Translations under genes and position numbers: made by a program | Source of the DNA: Methanothrix sp. | Lineage (GTDB): Archaea > Halobacteriota > Methanosarcinia > Methanotrichales > Methanotrichaceae | Reading direction: 5' to 3' | DNA length: 64,000 nt | Assembly (NCBI GenBank): GCA_963682135.1 | Contig: OY821645.1 | Span: 448,001 to 512,000, forward strand | The notes under the pieces: model-generated | Seen by the model: the letters and a program-made list of their open reading frames with translations, nothing else | Database searches by the model: none | What the model was told of the DNA's origin: nothing | Shown: positions 27,635-37,427 of the stretch, piece after piece | Numbering within the stretch: the first letter of the stretch is position 1 | How the letters are laid out: every line of letters begins with the position of its first letter

Positions 27635-28381
27635 TTAATCTTTGGCCAGATAATCATAAAGAAAGGCTGCAACCAGCGCACCTGCTATCGGTCCCACGAT
27701 GTAGATAGGAAAGAAGTGCCAGAGGCTGTTCTGTCCAAGAATGTAATCCCCCAGATACGGTCCGAATGTCCTGGCCGGATTCAACGACGCACCGGCAATG
27801 TTTCCTGTGGTGGTGATAATTCCACCCACGGTAAGCCCAATTATCAGACCGGCCCAGCCGGGAGGCGCTCTCTCATCCACTGCCACGCCCATGATGGTGA
27901 GCATGAGCAGGAATGTGCCGATGGCCTCCGCCAAAATCGCCTGTCCATAGCTTATGCCGGGAAAAGGAGCAGTCGCCCCCAGTCCTCCGACGCTGACGGC
28001 ATCCATTCCCACCGTGGCCGCAAAAAGAAAGCTGGCCAGGGAAGCTCCGGCGAGCTGGGCGACAATGTAGGGGCCGACGTCTTTAACGGGAAAACGTTTT
28101 GTTGCCCAGAGGGCAATGGTTACCGCTGGGTTAAGATGCGCTCCCGAGACCCTGCCCAGAGCATAAATGGAGGCGGCGATGGCTATGGCAAAGGCCATGC
28201 CGATAGCAAACCAATCACCCAGGCCGCCCAGCGCACCGATGCCGATGTTAAAGGGATTAGGTGGACTGGGAGGACTTGATCCTCTGGCAATCATGAGTGT
28301 GATGGCTGCAGCACCAGCCCCGAAGTAGACCAGCACAAACGTTCCCACCAGCTCTGCCAGGGACCTCTTCATCAAGGACAT
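27635..28381 (-). CDS. aqpM: MIP-family channel (AqpM-like aquaporin)
   Basis: SGAHLNPAVT and SLNPART NPA motifs, 6 TM; start at MSLMKRSLAE. Confidence 0.92.
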   Translation of the reverse strand: MSLMKRSLAELVGTFVLVYFGAGAAAITLMIARGSSPPSPPNPFNIGIGALGGLGDWFAIGMAFAIAIAASIYALGRVSGAHLNPAVTIALWATKRFPVKDVGPYIVAQLAGASLASFLFAATVGMDAVSVGGLGATAPFPGISYGQAILAEAIGTFLLMLTIMGVAVDERAPPGWAGLIIGLTVGGIITTTGNIAGASLNPARTFGPYLGDYILGQNSLWHFFPIYIVGPIAGALVAAFLYDYLAKD

Positions 28382-28386
28382 AGCTA

Positions 28387-28596
28387 TCACACCTCGTGGT
28401 AGACAGAGTAGCAGGGTTTGCAAAGTATTCTGGGAAGCTTTCTCTTGAGCTTCTTGGCGGGGAATGGATAGCCTCCTTCCCAGACATCCACCTCTTCACG
28501 CACCAGGTGATCCATGCACACCCCCATTCCACAGACGATACAGATGGCCACCGCGTCAGTATCCTTTTTTTCCAGGGAACACATGTAGCATTTCAT
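28387..28596 (-). CDS. DUF2180-like small Cys-rich metal-binding protein
   Basis: CYMC, CIVCGMGVCMDH, CKPC. Confidence 0.8.
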   Translation of the reverse strand: MKCYMCSLEKKDTDAVAICIVCGMGVCMDHLVREEVDVWEGGYPFPAKKLKRKLPRILCKPCYSVYHEV

Positions 28597-28640
28597 AACG
28601 TCCTCATATCATAGCAGTCCTATGCAATTATCCTCTAGAC

Positions 28641-30149
28641 CTAGACTGCCTCTTTATACTGGCAGTAGGCGTGTCTGAAATCTACCAATGAAGCCGAGGC
28701 GCAGCCTTTGCATACCCTTGCCGGCGAGGCGGGCGTCTCTTTATGCAGAGCAATGATGTTGGTCATAATGGTTGCCGTTACCGGCTCGCTGGTTAGCAGG
28801 CAGGGATAGTCGGCTAGCCTCATTAAGGCAGAGAACCGGACGGTTATTGCGCAGGCAGGATAGGCGTAATGCTGAGGATTCATGAGAACCTCATTCTCGT
28901 GAATGGGCTCGAGGTCAATGTCAAAGCCGGATACCTTGGGGACCAGCCTGCCGCCCAGGCCGTTTCTCTGTCTCATGGATTTGTCGAGAAGCTTCCAGCC
29001 GCGATAGATCATGTCCATGAAGTCGCAATTGTGCAGCTCCGCAGCCGCGCCCCGCGTGGGATAAAGCTGGACATAATTATGGAATCTTTTGGTGAGCAGA
29101 TCCACGACCATTATCGCATTAAATCCGTCCAGCTCCAGTATGTACTCCACAGCAGCTGCAGAGGAGCCCGTGGCCAGGCTGAGGAGCTGATACTCATTTT
29201 TGATCTTATCTGCGGCTTTGTTGAGAGTTGAGTCCATGACTTCGGTGGTAGCCTCGATTACAGCCATGACCACATCGTCCTTGCACATATTGAATGTGGA
29301 CTGAGCAATGTGGTGAGATATGTCTCCCACACAGTAAGCGGGAACCGTCAGAATATTGCCATAGTGAACGCCTTCGTTCATGGCCTCTTTAACCGTTTGT
29401 GTCATTCGCTTCTTGTACAAAGACATGTATTTTCGCACATCAAAGGACTGGTGGCCAAAGGCGTCCATCAGCTTGCCCTGTGCTTCGATAGGGCTTTCAT
29501 AGATGTACTTGACCTCATCGATCTCCCTTTTCACCGCCTCTGCCAAAGTCGCTCCCTTCTCCACTTGAGAAGCGAAGACCTCGCCAATGCCGTAGGAGGT
29601 GTTCATGCCCCAGGATTTGGCAGCCAGGATGGCCTGTTTGTGGGCATCGGGAATATCAATTGTCTTTAGGATTCGATTGACAACATTGCTGGTGCTGCCC
29701 GGGATGAGAGCAAAGTCCACCACACAGGTTGGGCCGTAAAAGCCGCCGTATCTCCTGGCTGCCTCCAGGCCGATCAGGGCCTCTGCTCGTCCCACAGCAC
29801 CAATGAAAGCATCCAGGCTCTTCTTGAACTTTTCATCTTCTTCGCAGATGATTTCCAGAATAGCCGGTGTCTGATAATGCTCAACAAAGGGGTCATCCTC
29901 CGGTCTGATGGTCTTGGTAAGAGAGGATAGAATATTGAAATGAGCATTTACTGAGTCTACATGAAGCTTAAAAACTGATTTGGACTGATTCTCAATCGCC
30001 TTCATCTTATTGACGACATCCAGATAGGCTCTTGTGTCCTCAACAAGAAAGCTGGTACCCCTCTTTTTCTTCACGGTCTCTACATCAGCATGCTGGGCCG
30101 AAAGTGCTTCATTAATTATTTTCCTGTACAACTCGGACATGTAATTCAC
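28641..30149 (-). CDS. DUF2193 family protein
   Basis: PEDDPFVEHYQTP, GFYGPTCVVDFA, KSWGMNTSYG, C-terminal CKGC...C. Confidence 0.8.
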   Translation of the reverse strand: MNYMSELYRKIINEALSAQHADVETVKKKRGTSFLVEDTRAYLDVVNKMKAIENQSKSVFKLHVDSVNAHFNILSSLTKTIRPEDDPFVEHYQTPAILEIICEEDEKFKKSLDAFIGAVGRAEALIGLEAARRYGGFYGPTCVVDFALIPGSTSNVVNRILKTIDIPDAHKQAILAAKSWGMNTSYGIGEVFASQVEKGATLAEAVKREIDEVKYIYESPIEAQGKLMDAFGHQSFDVRKYMSLYKKRMTQTVKEAMNEGVHYGNILTVPAYCVGDISHHIAQSTFNMCKDDVVMAVIEATTEVMDSTLNKAADKIKNEYQLLSLATGSSAAAVEYILELDGFNAIMVVDLLTKRFHNYVQLYPTRGAAAELHNCDFMDMIYRGWKLLDKSMRQRNGLGGRLVPKVSGFDIDLEPIHENEVLMNPQHYAYPACAITVRFSALMRLADYPCLLTSEPVTATIMTNIIALHKETPASPARVCKGCASASLVDFRHAYCQYKEAV

Positions 30150-30387
30150 CCAAACCCTTGCTTTGATACTTGCATAAATTTCGATAGATGAGACGGGTTA
30201 CTGTCGCTTCTATTGGATAAATAGCGATGATTCAAACTTTACTTACTACTATAATATTAGTAATCAAGTATAAATTTTTCGGTTAGTTATGCAGTTTTCA
30301 TTATGCTGCAAGAAGATACTTATAGAATAAAACCCAACAATATGTATCAGTCGGACTAAAATGAAATCGTATTGAAATGAGGAGGTT

Positions 30388-30636
30388 TTGAGAACGGATC
30401 AGAATTTGGCTCATGATGCCGAGCTGGACTGTGTGGGCCTCTTTTGCCCCATGCCCATCGCGAAGACCAAGGAAGAAGTTGAGAACATTGAGGTGGGGCA
30501 GGTCCTGAAAGTAGAAGCGGACGATCCTGCCGCCGAGGAGGACATCTCTCGCTGGGCCAAGAGAGCCGGTCATGAGGTCCTCCGGCTTGAGAAGTCCGGA
30601 AATATCATCGCCTTCTGGATAAGAAGAAAGAAATGA
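30388..30636 (+). CDS. tusA: TusA/SirA sulfur carrier
   Basis: LDCVGLFCPMP (CPxP), ADDPAAEEDI. Confidence 0.9.
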   Translation: MRTDQNLAHDAELDCVGLFCPMPIAKTKEEVENIEVGQVLKVEADDPAAEEDISRWAKRAGHEVLRLEKSGNIIAFWIRRKK

Positions 30637-30667
30637 TGTTTGAAATGATAGTGATGGTGATCGTATT

Positions 30668-31027
30668 ATGAGCAAGATTCTCTATGTTCAGACCAGTGGT
30701 CTGGATACTCCGGAAAGACTTTATGCGCCCTTCATTCTGGGCATGACAGCCCGGGCGATGGATGCAGAGGCCTCTATCTTCTTCATGATTAAGGGCATAA
30801 CTGCGATGAAGAAAGGCGAGGCAGAGAAGATCAAGATCGGAAGCTTTCCGTCCCTCAAGGAGGTCATCGACCAGGCCCTTGCTTCCGGCGTGAATATGTA
30901 CATCTGCGAGCAGAGCACCGTTCTTCTGGGCATTGCCAGGGGCGACTTCATACCCGAGGCAAAAATTGCCGGAGCAGGAACATTAAACGACCTGGCGCTG
31001 GATGCAGACTCGACTATCAGCTTCTAG
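30668..31027 (+). CDS. DsrE-like sulfurtransferase
   Basis: TSGLDTPERLYAPF, FFMIKG, YICEQS. Confidence 0.85.
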   Translation: MSKILYVQTSGLDTPERLYAPFILGMTARAMDAEASIFFMIKGITAMKKGEAEKIKIGSFPSLKEVIDQALASGVNMYICEQSTVLLGIARGDFIPEAKIAGAGTLNDLALDADSTISF

Positions 31028-31053
31028 GATTACTGGCGGGCAAGTGGAAAATT

Positions 31054-32208
31054 ATGTGCGGAATATATCTCGACTATCAGTCTGCGTCTCCCGTGGACCC
31101 CAGGGTTGCCGAATTTGCCGGGCGCTTTCTCTGCAGCGATTTCGGCAATCCTTCCTCTCTGCATTCCCAAGGACTGGCTGCGAAAACCACTCTGGAAGAA
31201 GCTCGATCGAAGGTAGCTGAGCTAATAAATGCAGAAAGTCCGGAGACCATTCTCTTCACATCCGGCGTTACTGAGGCCAACAATCTGGCCATTCGAGGAG
31301 CAGCGCTGCGTAACGCTGCCAAGGGCAAGAAGCTGCTAGCGAGCCATGTCGAGCACATCTCTGTCCTAAATCCCCATAAGGATCTGAAGAAAGGCGGCTT
31401 TGACCTCAATCTGGTCCCGGTGGACAGCATGGGCATCATTGATCTGGCCGCCCTGGAAAACATGCTCAGCAAGGAGACGGTCCTCACTTCGGTGATGTAT
31501 GCCAACAGCGAGATTGGAACCATTCAGCCTATAAAAGAGGTAAGCGACCTTGTCCATGAAAATGGTCTATTCCTGCACGTGGACGGCGCTGCTGCGGCGG
31601 GTAAGATTCCCATTGATGTGCAAAAGGATGGAATTGATCTGCTCACCCTCTCCTCGAATGATCTCTACGGTCCGCAGGGGGCGGGGGCGCTCTACATCAA
31701 ACCTGGCGTTCGCATTCAGCCTGTCATTTTCGGCGGCGGTCAGGAACGGGGCCTTCGGCCCGGTACTGAGAATCTCTATGCACTGGCAGGATTTGGCGAG
31801 GCGGCCAGGCTGGCGAGACAGGAGAGAGCAGAGGAAAGCCTGCGACTTCAGGCCATCCGGGATGCTCTGATCAAGGAGATACTCAAGATTGAGGAGTCGT
31901 ACCTCACCGGACATCCCACGTTGCGGCTCCCGCATCATGCCAGCTTCCGCTTCAGCCGCATTGAGGGGGAGAGCATTCTCCTTACCATGGATGCCATGTT
32001 CAACATTCAGGTATCCACGGGCTCGGCCTGCTCCTCACGCACTCTGGAGCCGTCTCACGTCCTTTTAGCCATAGGCTTAAAACATGAGCAGGCGCATGGC
32101 TCCATGATCATGACGCTGGGCAGGAAGAACAATGCCGATCAGATACCGGCAATCGCCAATGCGACGAAAAAGACGGTTGATAGGCTGAGGGCTCTCTCTC
32201 CGCTCTAA
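31054..32208 (+). CDS. iscS: IscS/NifS-like protein with the PLP lysine replaced by Asp
   Basis: FGNPSSLH, EHISV, HVDG, SSNDLYGPQG (canonical SxHKxxGPxG), STGSACSS. Confidence 0.9.
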   Translation: MCGIYLDYQSASPVDPRVAEFAGRFLCSDFGNPSSLHSQGLAAKTTLEEARSKVAELINAESPETILFTSGVTEANNLAIRGAALRNAAKGKKLLASHVEHISVLNPHKDLKKGGFDLNLVPVDSMGIIDLAALENMLSKETVLTSVMYANSEIGTIQPIKEVSDLVHENGLFLHVDGAAAAGKIPIDVQKDGIDLLTLSSNDLYGPQGAGALYIKPGVRIQPVIFGGGQERGLRPGTENLYALAGFGEAARLARQERAEESLRLQAIRDALIKEILKIEESYLTGHPTLRLPHHASFRFSRIEGESILLTMDAMFNIQVSTGSACSSRTLEPSHVLLAIGLKHEQAHGSMIMTLGRKNNADQIPAIANATKKTVDRLRALSPL

Positions 32209-32223
32209 AAGGTGATATAAGAA

Positions 32224-32676
32224 ATGGCACAGATTGGCTACTCCAAGGAAGTAATGGAACACTTCATGAACCCCAAAAATGTAGGTGTGATCGAGAACCC
32301 GGACGGATACGGAAAGGTGGGCAATCCCGTCTGTGGCGATCTCATGGAGATATTTATCACCGTCAAGGAAGACAAAATAGACGATATCAAATTCAGGACC
32401 TTCGGCTGCGGCTCGGCCATAGCCGTCTCCAGCATGGTTACCGAGATGGCCAAGGGCAAGACCCTGGATGAGGCCATGTTGATCACTCGCAAGGATGTGG
32501 CAGACCAACTGGGTGGGCTGCCGCCCCAGAAGATGCACTGCTCCAACCTGGGGGCTGACGCGCTGCATGCAGCCATCAAGAATTACTGGGTGAAGATCGG
32601 CAAGATCAAGCCTGAGGAAGCAGAAGCCGGGGAGGCGAGCCACGAGGGCGAAGAGGGGGAGAGCTGCGGGACGTAA
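32224..32676 (+). CDS. iscU: Fe-S scaffold IscU/NifU
   Basis: NPVCGD, FGCGSAIA, LPPQKMHCS. Confidence 0.95.
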   Translation: MAQIGYSKEVMEHFMNPKNVGVIENPDGYGKVGNPVCGDLMEIFITVKEDKIDDIKFRTFGCGSAIAVSSMVTEMAKGKTLDEAMLITRKDVADQLGGLPPQKMHCSNLGADALHAAIKNYWVKIGKIKPEEAEAGEASHEGEEGESCGT

Positions 32677-32681
32677 GTGGC

Positions 32682-33989
32682 ATGCAGGCAGTAATTTTTT
32701 CTGAAAGAATTTGTGAGTCCAATAAAATATTCTTTTATTTTTTATTAATTTCATTTTTATTTGGACTTTGCAGGGCAGATACCATTGCTATTGAGCCGGG
32801 CGAGAGCATTCAGGCGGCCATTGATATAGCCCGTCCCGGAGACGCTATTCTGGTGAAAAGTGGCACCTATAATGAGTGCATCAACATGAATAAACCACTG
32901 ACGCTTTATGGAAAGGATGAAGGCAATGGAATGCCGATTCTTTTGAATGAAGGCGATAGTAATGCAAGCGCAATCACGCTAAACTCAAATGGATGCATAA
33001 TTAAGGGCATGAATATCAAAAATTCCAAAAATTACGCCATATATATATTATCCAATCGTAACAGAATTGATGGCAACACAATCAAAGGCGGTGATGCAGC
33101 GATATATCTAAATGCATCGAGGTCAAATATAATAACTCATAATAATATTATCGCAGATAAAAATTTTGGACATGGTATAGTTGCATTGCAGTCATTCAAC
33201 AATACAATCCAAAGCAATAATATAAATTTTTCAGGATTGTTATCCGATGGCATCAATCTAGTGCGCTCATACAGCAACTTCATCACAGGTAATAAAATTA
33301 TGGGAAATGGCTTGATAGGAAGTTCTGGAATTTCAACTAGAGGGTCTAACTATAATATTTTAAAAAATAATTTGATTGAAACAAGTGGTCTTTACGGCAG
33401 TAGTATTTATTTAGGTTCATCTGATGAGAATTCATTAGAAGACAACAAAGTGGAGCACCGTGATTTTTCTGGAAGCGGAATAACTATCTATTTTTCTTCT
33501 GGAAATAAAATATTGAATAATACTGCATGCAGCAGAGGTTCGATTAATTGTGCCGGTATATTTCTTCGCTGGTCTAATAGTAATAATATCTCTGCAAATA
33601 GAGCTTACAGCACTGGTTGGTGTGGCAGCGGTGTAACCTTGTTACTTTCAAAAGAGAATACACTGATGGGAAATGAAGCTAATAATAGCACTCATGGTAT
33701 TTATCTGGGTGAATCAGAAAAAAATAATGTAGAGTACAATATTGCTCAACACAATAGCGACAATGATATTTATATTGATTTTTTCTGTGTTGGTACATCT
33801 ATCAAGCATAATACGGCATCAATATATATTGTTGAACCTAGATGGAGTCATATAGACCACAATTCAGGGATCATTAAGGAGTTTATTGTGGAGTTTCCGG
33901 ATGAGGTACCTATTTTCACTTTCGCAGATATCACTGACCTCATTTACAATATATCTCAATTTATACGGGTCCGTTTTAGTGAAACATAG
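32682..33989 (+). CDS. Secreted NosD/CASH beta-helix protein, AT-rich
   Basis: GESIQAAID..PGD, repeated GIxLxxSxxNxIxxN. Confidence 0.8.
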   Translation: MQAVIFSERICESNKIFFYFLLISFLFGLCRADTIAIEPGESIQAAIDIARPGDAILVKSGTYNECINMNKPLTLYGKDEGNGMPILLNEGDSNASAITLNSNGCIIKGMNIKNSKNYAIYILSNRNRIDGNTIKGGDAAIYLNASRSNIITHNNIIADKNFGHGIVALQSFNNTIQSNNINFSGLLSDGINLVRSYSNFITGNKIMGNGLIGSSGISTRGSNYNILKNNLIETSGLYGSSIYLGSSDENSLEDNKVEHRDFSGSGITIYFSSGNKILNNTACSRGSINCAGIFLRWSNSNNISANRAYSTGWCGSGVTLLLSKENTLMGNEANNSTHGIYLGESEKNNVEYNIAQHNSDNDIYIDFFCVGTSIKHNTASIYIVEPRWSHIDHNSGIIKEFIVEFPDEVPIFTFADITDLIYNISQFIRVRFSET

Positions 33990-33994
33990 ACCAT

Positions 33995-34215
33995 TCAACT
34001 GCGAATTATTTTGCGCACTCGTTTTCTTGCGGACTTATCCCTAAGGTTGCCTGCGGGATAACATGCTCTCTGGCTTGCTTCAGCGACATGCTCTCCCAAG
34101 AGGGCGATTCCGCTCCGCACTCTCCCACGCGCGCGTGTGCCTGCGTGCGCACTGTGGCCGCTCGGTCGTGTGCCCGCAGGCGCGAGAAGGTTTGCCTGAG
34201 GTCGCAGAAATTGTG
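33995..34215. repeat. GC-rich imperfect palindromic intergenic element
   Basis: GCCTGCGGG (34049) and CCCGCAGGC (34173) are inverted; ACATGCTCTC occurs twice. Confidence 0.5.
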
Positions 34216-34287
34216 TAGGGCATGCACAAAATGGGCTGTCAGGCACGGTCTTTAATTAGAATGACGATCCATAGTTGCTGGAAATAT

Positions 34288-34449
34288 ATGCAGACCTTTA
34301 CAGCCGTCATCCACCGAGAAGAGGACATGTTTGTTGCCGAGTGCCCAGAAGTAGGAACTGCGAGCCAGGGAGCAACTATTGAGGAAGCGGCTAAGAACCT
34401 CAGAGAGGCAACGCAGCTTTATCTGGAAGAGTTTCCTATTCGAATTTGA
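34288..34449 (+). CDS. hicB: Solo HicB-like antitoxin, probably C-terminally truncated
   Basis: FTAVIHREEDMFVAECPEVGTASQGATIEEA..NLREA. Confidence 0.8.
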   Translation: MQTFTAVIHREEDMFVAECPEVGTASQGATIEEAAKNLREATQLYLEEFPIRI

Positions 34450-34681
34450 ATTCCGAGTACATTTCTAGAAATTTATCGAGGCTTATCTCCAGATCTTCCC
34501 TGATGATCTTGCGGAGAAGTCCTTTGGGCACTTCTCTATTCGCATGGATAGGAACTGTGGTTACCCGACCATCTTCAGATCTGAGCCGCACATGAGATCC
34601 CTTAGTTCTTATGACAACGAATCCTAAAGCCTTCAGGAATCTCAAGAGTTCTGAAGCATCAATCGCAGGAAGCTTTTGCAT
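34436..34681 (-). CDS. hicA: HicA mRNA interferase toxin
   Basis: LGF...RTKGSH...TTVPIH...PKGLLRKI. Confidence 0.9.
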   Translation of the reverse strand: MQKLPAIDASELLRFLKALGFVVIRTKGSHVRLRSEDGRVTTVPIHANREVPKGLLRKIIREDLEISLDKFLEMYSEFKFE

Positions 34682-34895
34682 CGGAAACGACTTCCAGCTC
34701 TCTAAAACCGACGAAAGTATTGACGTTCTCCAACTTTGTCTCTTCCAGACACATCTCAATGACCTCCGTTATGTTTTTCATGGCATCGTCAATGCTCTCG
34801 CCCCAGGAGTGGCAGCCTTTGAAAAGAGGACAGCTAACTATGTATAGGCCGTCTTCATCGATTTCGATAATAATGGGCAAATGCAGTTTTTTCAT
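34659..34895 (-). CDS. hicB: HicB antitoxin
   Basis: IEIDEDGLYIVSCPLFKGCHSWGESIDDAMKNITE; overlaps hicA. Confidence 0.88.
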   Translation of the reverse strand: MKKLHLPIIIEIDEDGLYIVSCPLFKGCHSWGESIDDAMKNITEVIEMCLEETKLENVNTFVGFRELEVVSDAKASCD

Positions 34896-35018
34896 TAGTG
34901 TATCAACCACGCTCTCCTTTGACCTGCAAACTTAAATGTATTTCGCAATAATTGACATCACTGCTCGCAGGTGATTGGCGGATCATGGCATTTTCCGCAA
35001 TCATTGCTGCATAGTTGA

Positions 35019-35378
35019 TCATATTACTATTACCTCAACAGTATCGCCGTCTTCCAGCCCCAGCGCCCGCAGCTTTACGGGCGCTATGACCTCGATCAAT
35101 TCCGGCGGATACGAGCTCTTCTCAGGCCGGACCACTGCGACCTCGATCCCGTTCAACCTGATGCGGTAGCATTTGCACTCGCCAAAAGTGCGGCCCTCCT
35201 CAGAGAAGCCCTCTAACTGTATCGCCTGTCCCTCTGTCGGGAAGGGCTCCTCCAGGAGCACATTCAGGGTGCCGGGGTAGGGAACGAAGCCCAGCTTCTT
35301 TGCGAACTGGCAGCTGTAGCCCTCCCGGGTGAGGAAGTACTGGGCCTGACCTAGACCGGATACGATTTTTCCGCGCAT
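35019..35378 (-). CDS. ribK: CTP-dependent riboflavin kinase
   Basis: GKIVSGLG, PYPGTLN, EVIAPVKLR..L.DGD. Confidence 0.9.
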   Translation of the reverse strand: MRGKIVSGLGQAQYFLTREGYSCQFAKKLGFVPYPGTLNVLLEEPFPTEGQAIQLEGFSEEGRTFGECKCYRIRLNGIEVAVVRPEKSSYPPELIEVIAPVKLRALGLEDGDTVEVIVI

Positions 35379-35699
35379 GACGACAAATCATTCCATATTA
35401 ATGAAGATCTTACAGTTCGTCTCGACTTTTATCTCTTTAGGCATTAGCCGGTATTTCAGGGCCATCATCAATCCATCTCATGGTCGATCTTGTATATCTA
35501 CATCTCTAATGCGGAATTGTAAACGGCAATTATCTTCCGAGATGGTTCCGGACGACTGGATGGGCAATCCAAAGCATTTACTGTCTGGTTACAGAGTTTT
35601 TAAATAGGGTGGCAACCATAATGTACCTGTATTAGCCATAAAATCAGCTACAGGCACAAATCGTAAAAATTCAACGCAAGGCAAAGATCCATTCCGGGG

Positions 35700-37427
35700 A
35701 TGAAGATGGATAATTTTTCTACACTTATTGGTGGTATAGCCGGTGATGGCATAAATGAGGCTGGCCTTACTGTGGCTCGTCTCTTTAGCCGCCTTGGCTA
35801 TCACATTTACATGTACTACGACTATCCCTCTCTCATCAGAGGGGGGCACAATTTCTCTCTGGTCAGGGCCGGCAGACAGAAGATTGCATCTCATACTGAT
35901 CAGATTGATGTCTTGATAGCTCTTAACCAGGAGACCGTCGAGAAGCACATGAGCCGTCTGAAGGACAGCTCCTTTGTGATTTACGATGCAGATAAAGTCA
36001 AACTGGACGGCATGAAGCAGAAGAGCTGTGCTCTACCTATCACTTCCATCCTGAAGGAGGCAGAAGCTCCCGGCGTTATGAAAAATTCCTGCATTCTGGG
36101 AGGATTTTGCAAGGTTGTGGGCATAGATTGGTCTGTGCTGGAAGATGTCCTGAGAAAACATATACCAAAGATGCTGGAGCTGAATATGCTTGTGGCCCGG
36201 CAGGGCTACGACCAGGCGACTGAGTTTTGTCATATGGATAGTCTTGCCGATCAGGCAGATAGTCATTCGCAAGAGACAGACAAAAAGCCTCTTCCCATCA
36301 TAACCGGCAACCATGCCATTGCCCTGGGACTAATTAAAGCGGGCCTGGGGGCATACGTCGCTTATCCCATGACTCCCTCCTCCAGCATACTCGATTTTAT
36401 GGCTCGCTATGCCCGGGATTTTGGCCTCAAGGTGATCCATCCGGAGAGCGAGATCTCCGTAATTCTCATGGCACAGGGATTTGCCTATGCCGGAGTCAAA
36501 GCAGCCGTGGGAACCTCCGGCGGCGGATTTTGTCTCATGACCGAGGGGCTCAGCCTGGCAGGCATGGCTGAGATGCCGGTAGTAGTGATCATGGCCCAGA
36601 GAACTGGACCTTCCACGGGTCTTCCCACCTACACGGCGCAAGGTGACCTGCATTTTGTCCTCAATGCCGGTCAGGGGGAGTTTCCCAGGTTTATAGTTGC
36701 ACCAGGAGACGCAGAGGAGGCGTATTACTGGGCTGGTGTAGCTACGAATTTGGCCTGGATGTTTCAGGTGCCGGCTTTCATTCTAACCGACAAGACCGTC
36801 AGCGAGAGCCAGTACAGCTTTGATATGGATCTGGCTGCGGACCCTTCCGGCGAGCTAAAAGAAGAGACGCTGAGGGCCCCCTTGCTCTGGGATGGGCAGG
36901 GTGAGTACAAACGTTACCGCTACACGCAATCGGGTGTCTCGCCTCTGGCTTTCCCACCTCTTCCGGGGCAGGTGATAAAGGCAGACAGCTATATTCACGA
37001 TGAAAACGGCATAACCTCTGAGGACCCCCAAATAACCACGCAGACCAGCGACAAACGCCAGAAAAAAGGCCAATTCATGGCCGAATATCTGGAGGGATAC
37101 GAGACGGTAAAGGTCTTGGGAGACGAAAAGAGCAAGACTGCCCTGCTCTGCTGGGGCTCAAATAAAGGTGTTTGTGAGGAGGTTGCCCAAAAATTGGGGC
37201 TTAAAGTGATTTTTGTGCTGGTTCTCTCCCCCTTCCCGGAAAAGAGGCTTAAGAGTGCTCTACAGGGGGTAGAGCGGCTCATGGCCGTAGAGTGCAACTG
37301 CACCGGTCAATTGGCAAGGCTGGCCGGCTTTTACGGCATCAAGACCCAGGATAGGATTCTCAAGTATGACGGCAGGCCTTTTTCCGTGGAGGATCTTCTG
37401 GCACAGCTGGGGAGGGTTCTGGCATGA
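35700..37427 (+). CDS. korA: 2-oxoacid:ferredoxin oxidoreductase alpha subunit
   Basis: GGIAGDG, SLIRGGHN, AYPMTPSS, TSGGGF, QRTGPSTGLPT. Confidence 0.92.
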   Translation: MKMDNFSTLIGGIAGDGINEAGLTVARLFSRLGYHIYMYYDYPSLIRGGHNFSLVRAGRQKIASHTDQIDVLIALNQETVEKHMSRLKDSSFVIYDADKVKLDGMKQKSCALPITSILKEAEAPGVMKNSCILGGFCKVVGIDWSVLEDVLRKHIPKMLELNMLVARQGYDQATEFCHMDSLADQADSHSQETDKKPLPIITGNHAIALGLIKAGLGAYVAYPMTPSSSILDFMARYARDFGLKVIHPESEISVILMAQGFAYAGVKAAVGTSGGGFCLMTEGLSLAGMAEMPVVVIMAQRTGPSTGLPTYTAQGDLHFVLNAGQGEFPRFIVAPGDAEEAYYWAGVATNLAWMFQVPAFILTDKTVSESQYSFDMDLAADPSGELKEETLRAPLLWDGQGEYKRYRYTQSGVSPLAFPPLPGQVIKADSYIHDENGITSEDPQITTQTSDKRQKKGQFMAEYLEGYETVKVLGDEKSKTALLCWGSNKGVCEEVAQKLGLKVIFVLVLSPFPEKRLKSALQGVERLMAVECNCTGQLARLAGFYGIKTQDRILKYDGRPFSVEDLLAQLGRVLA

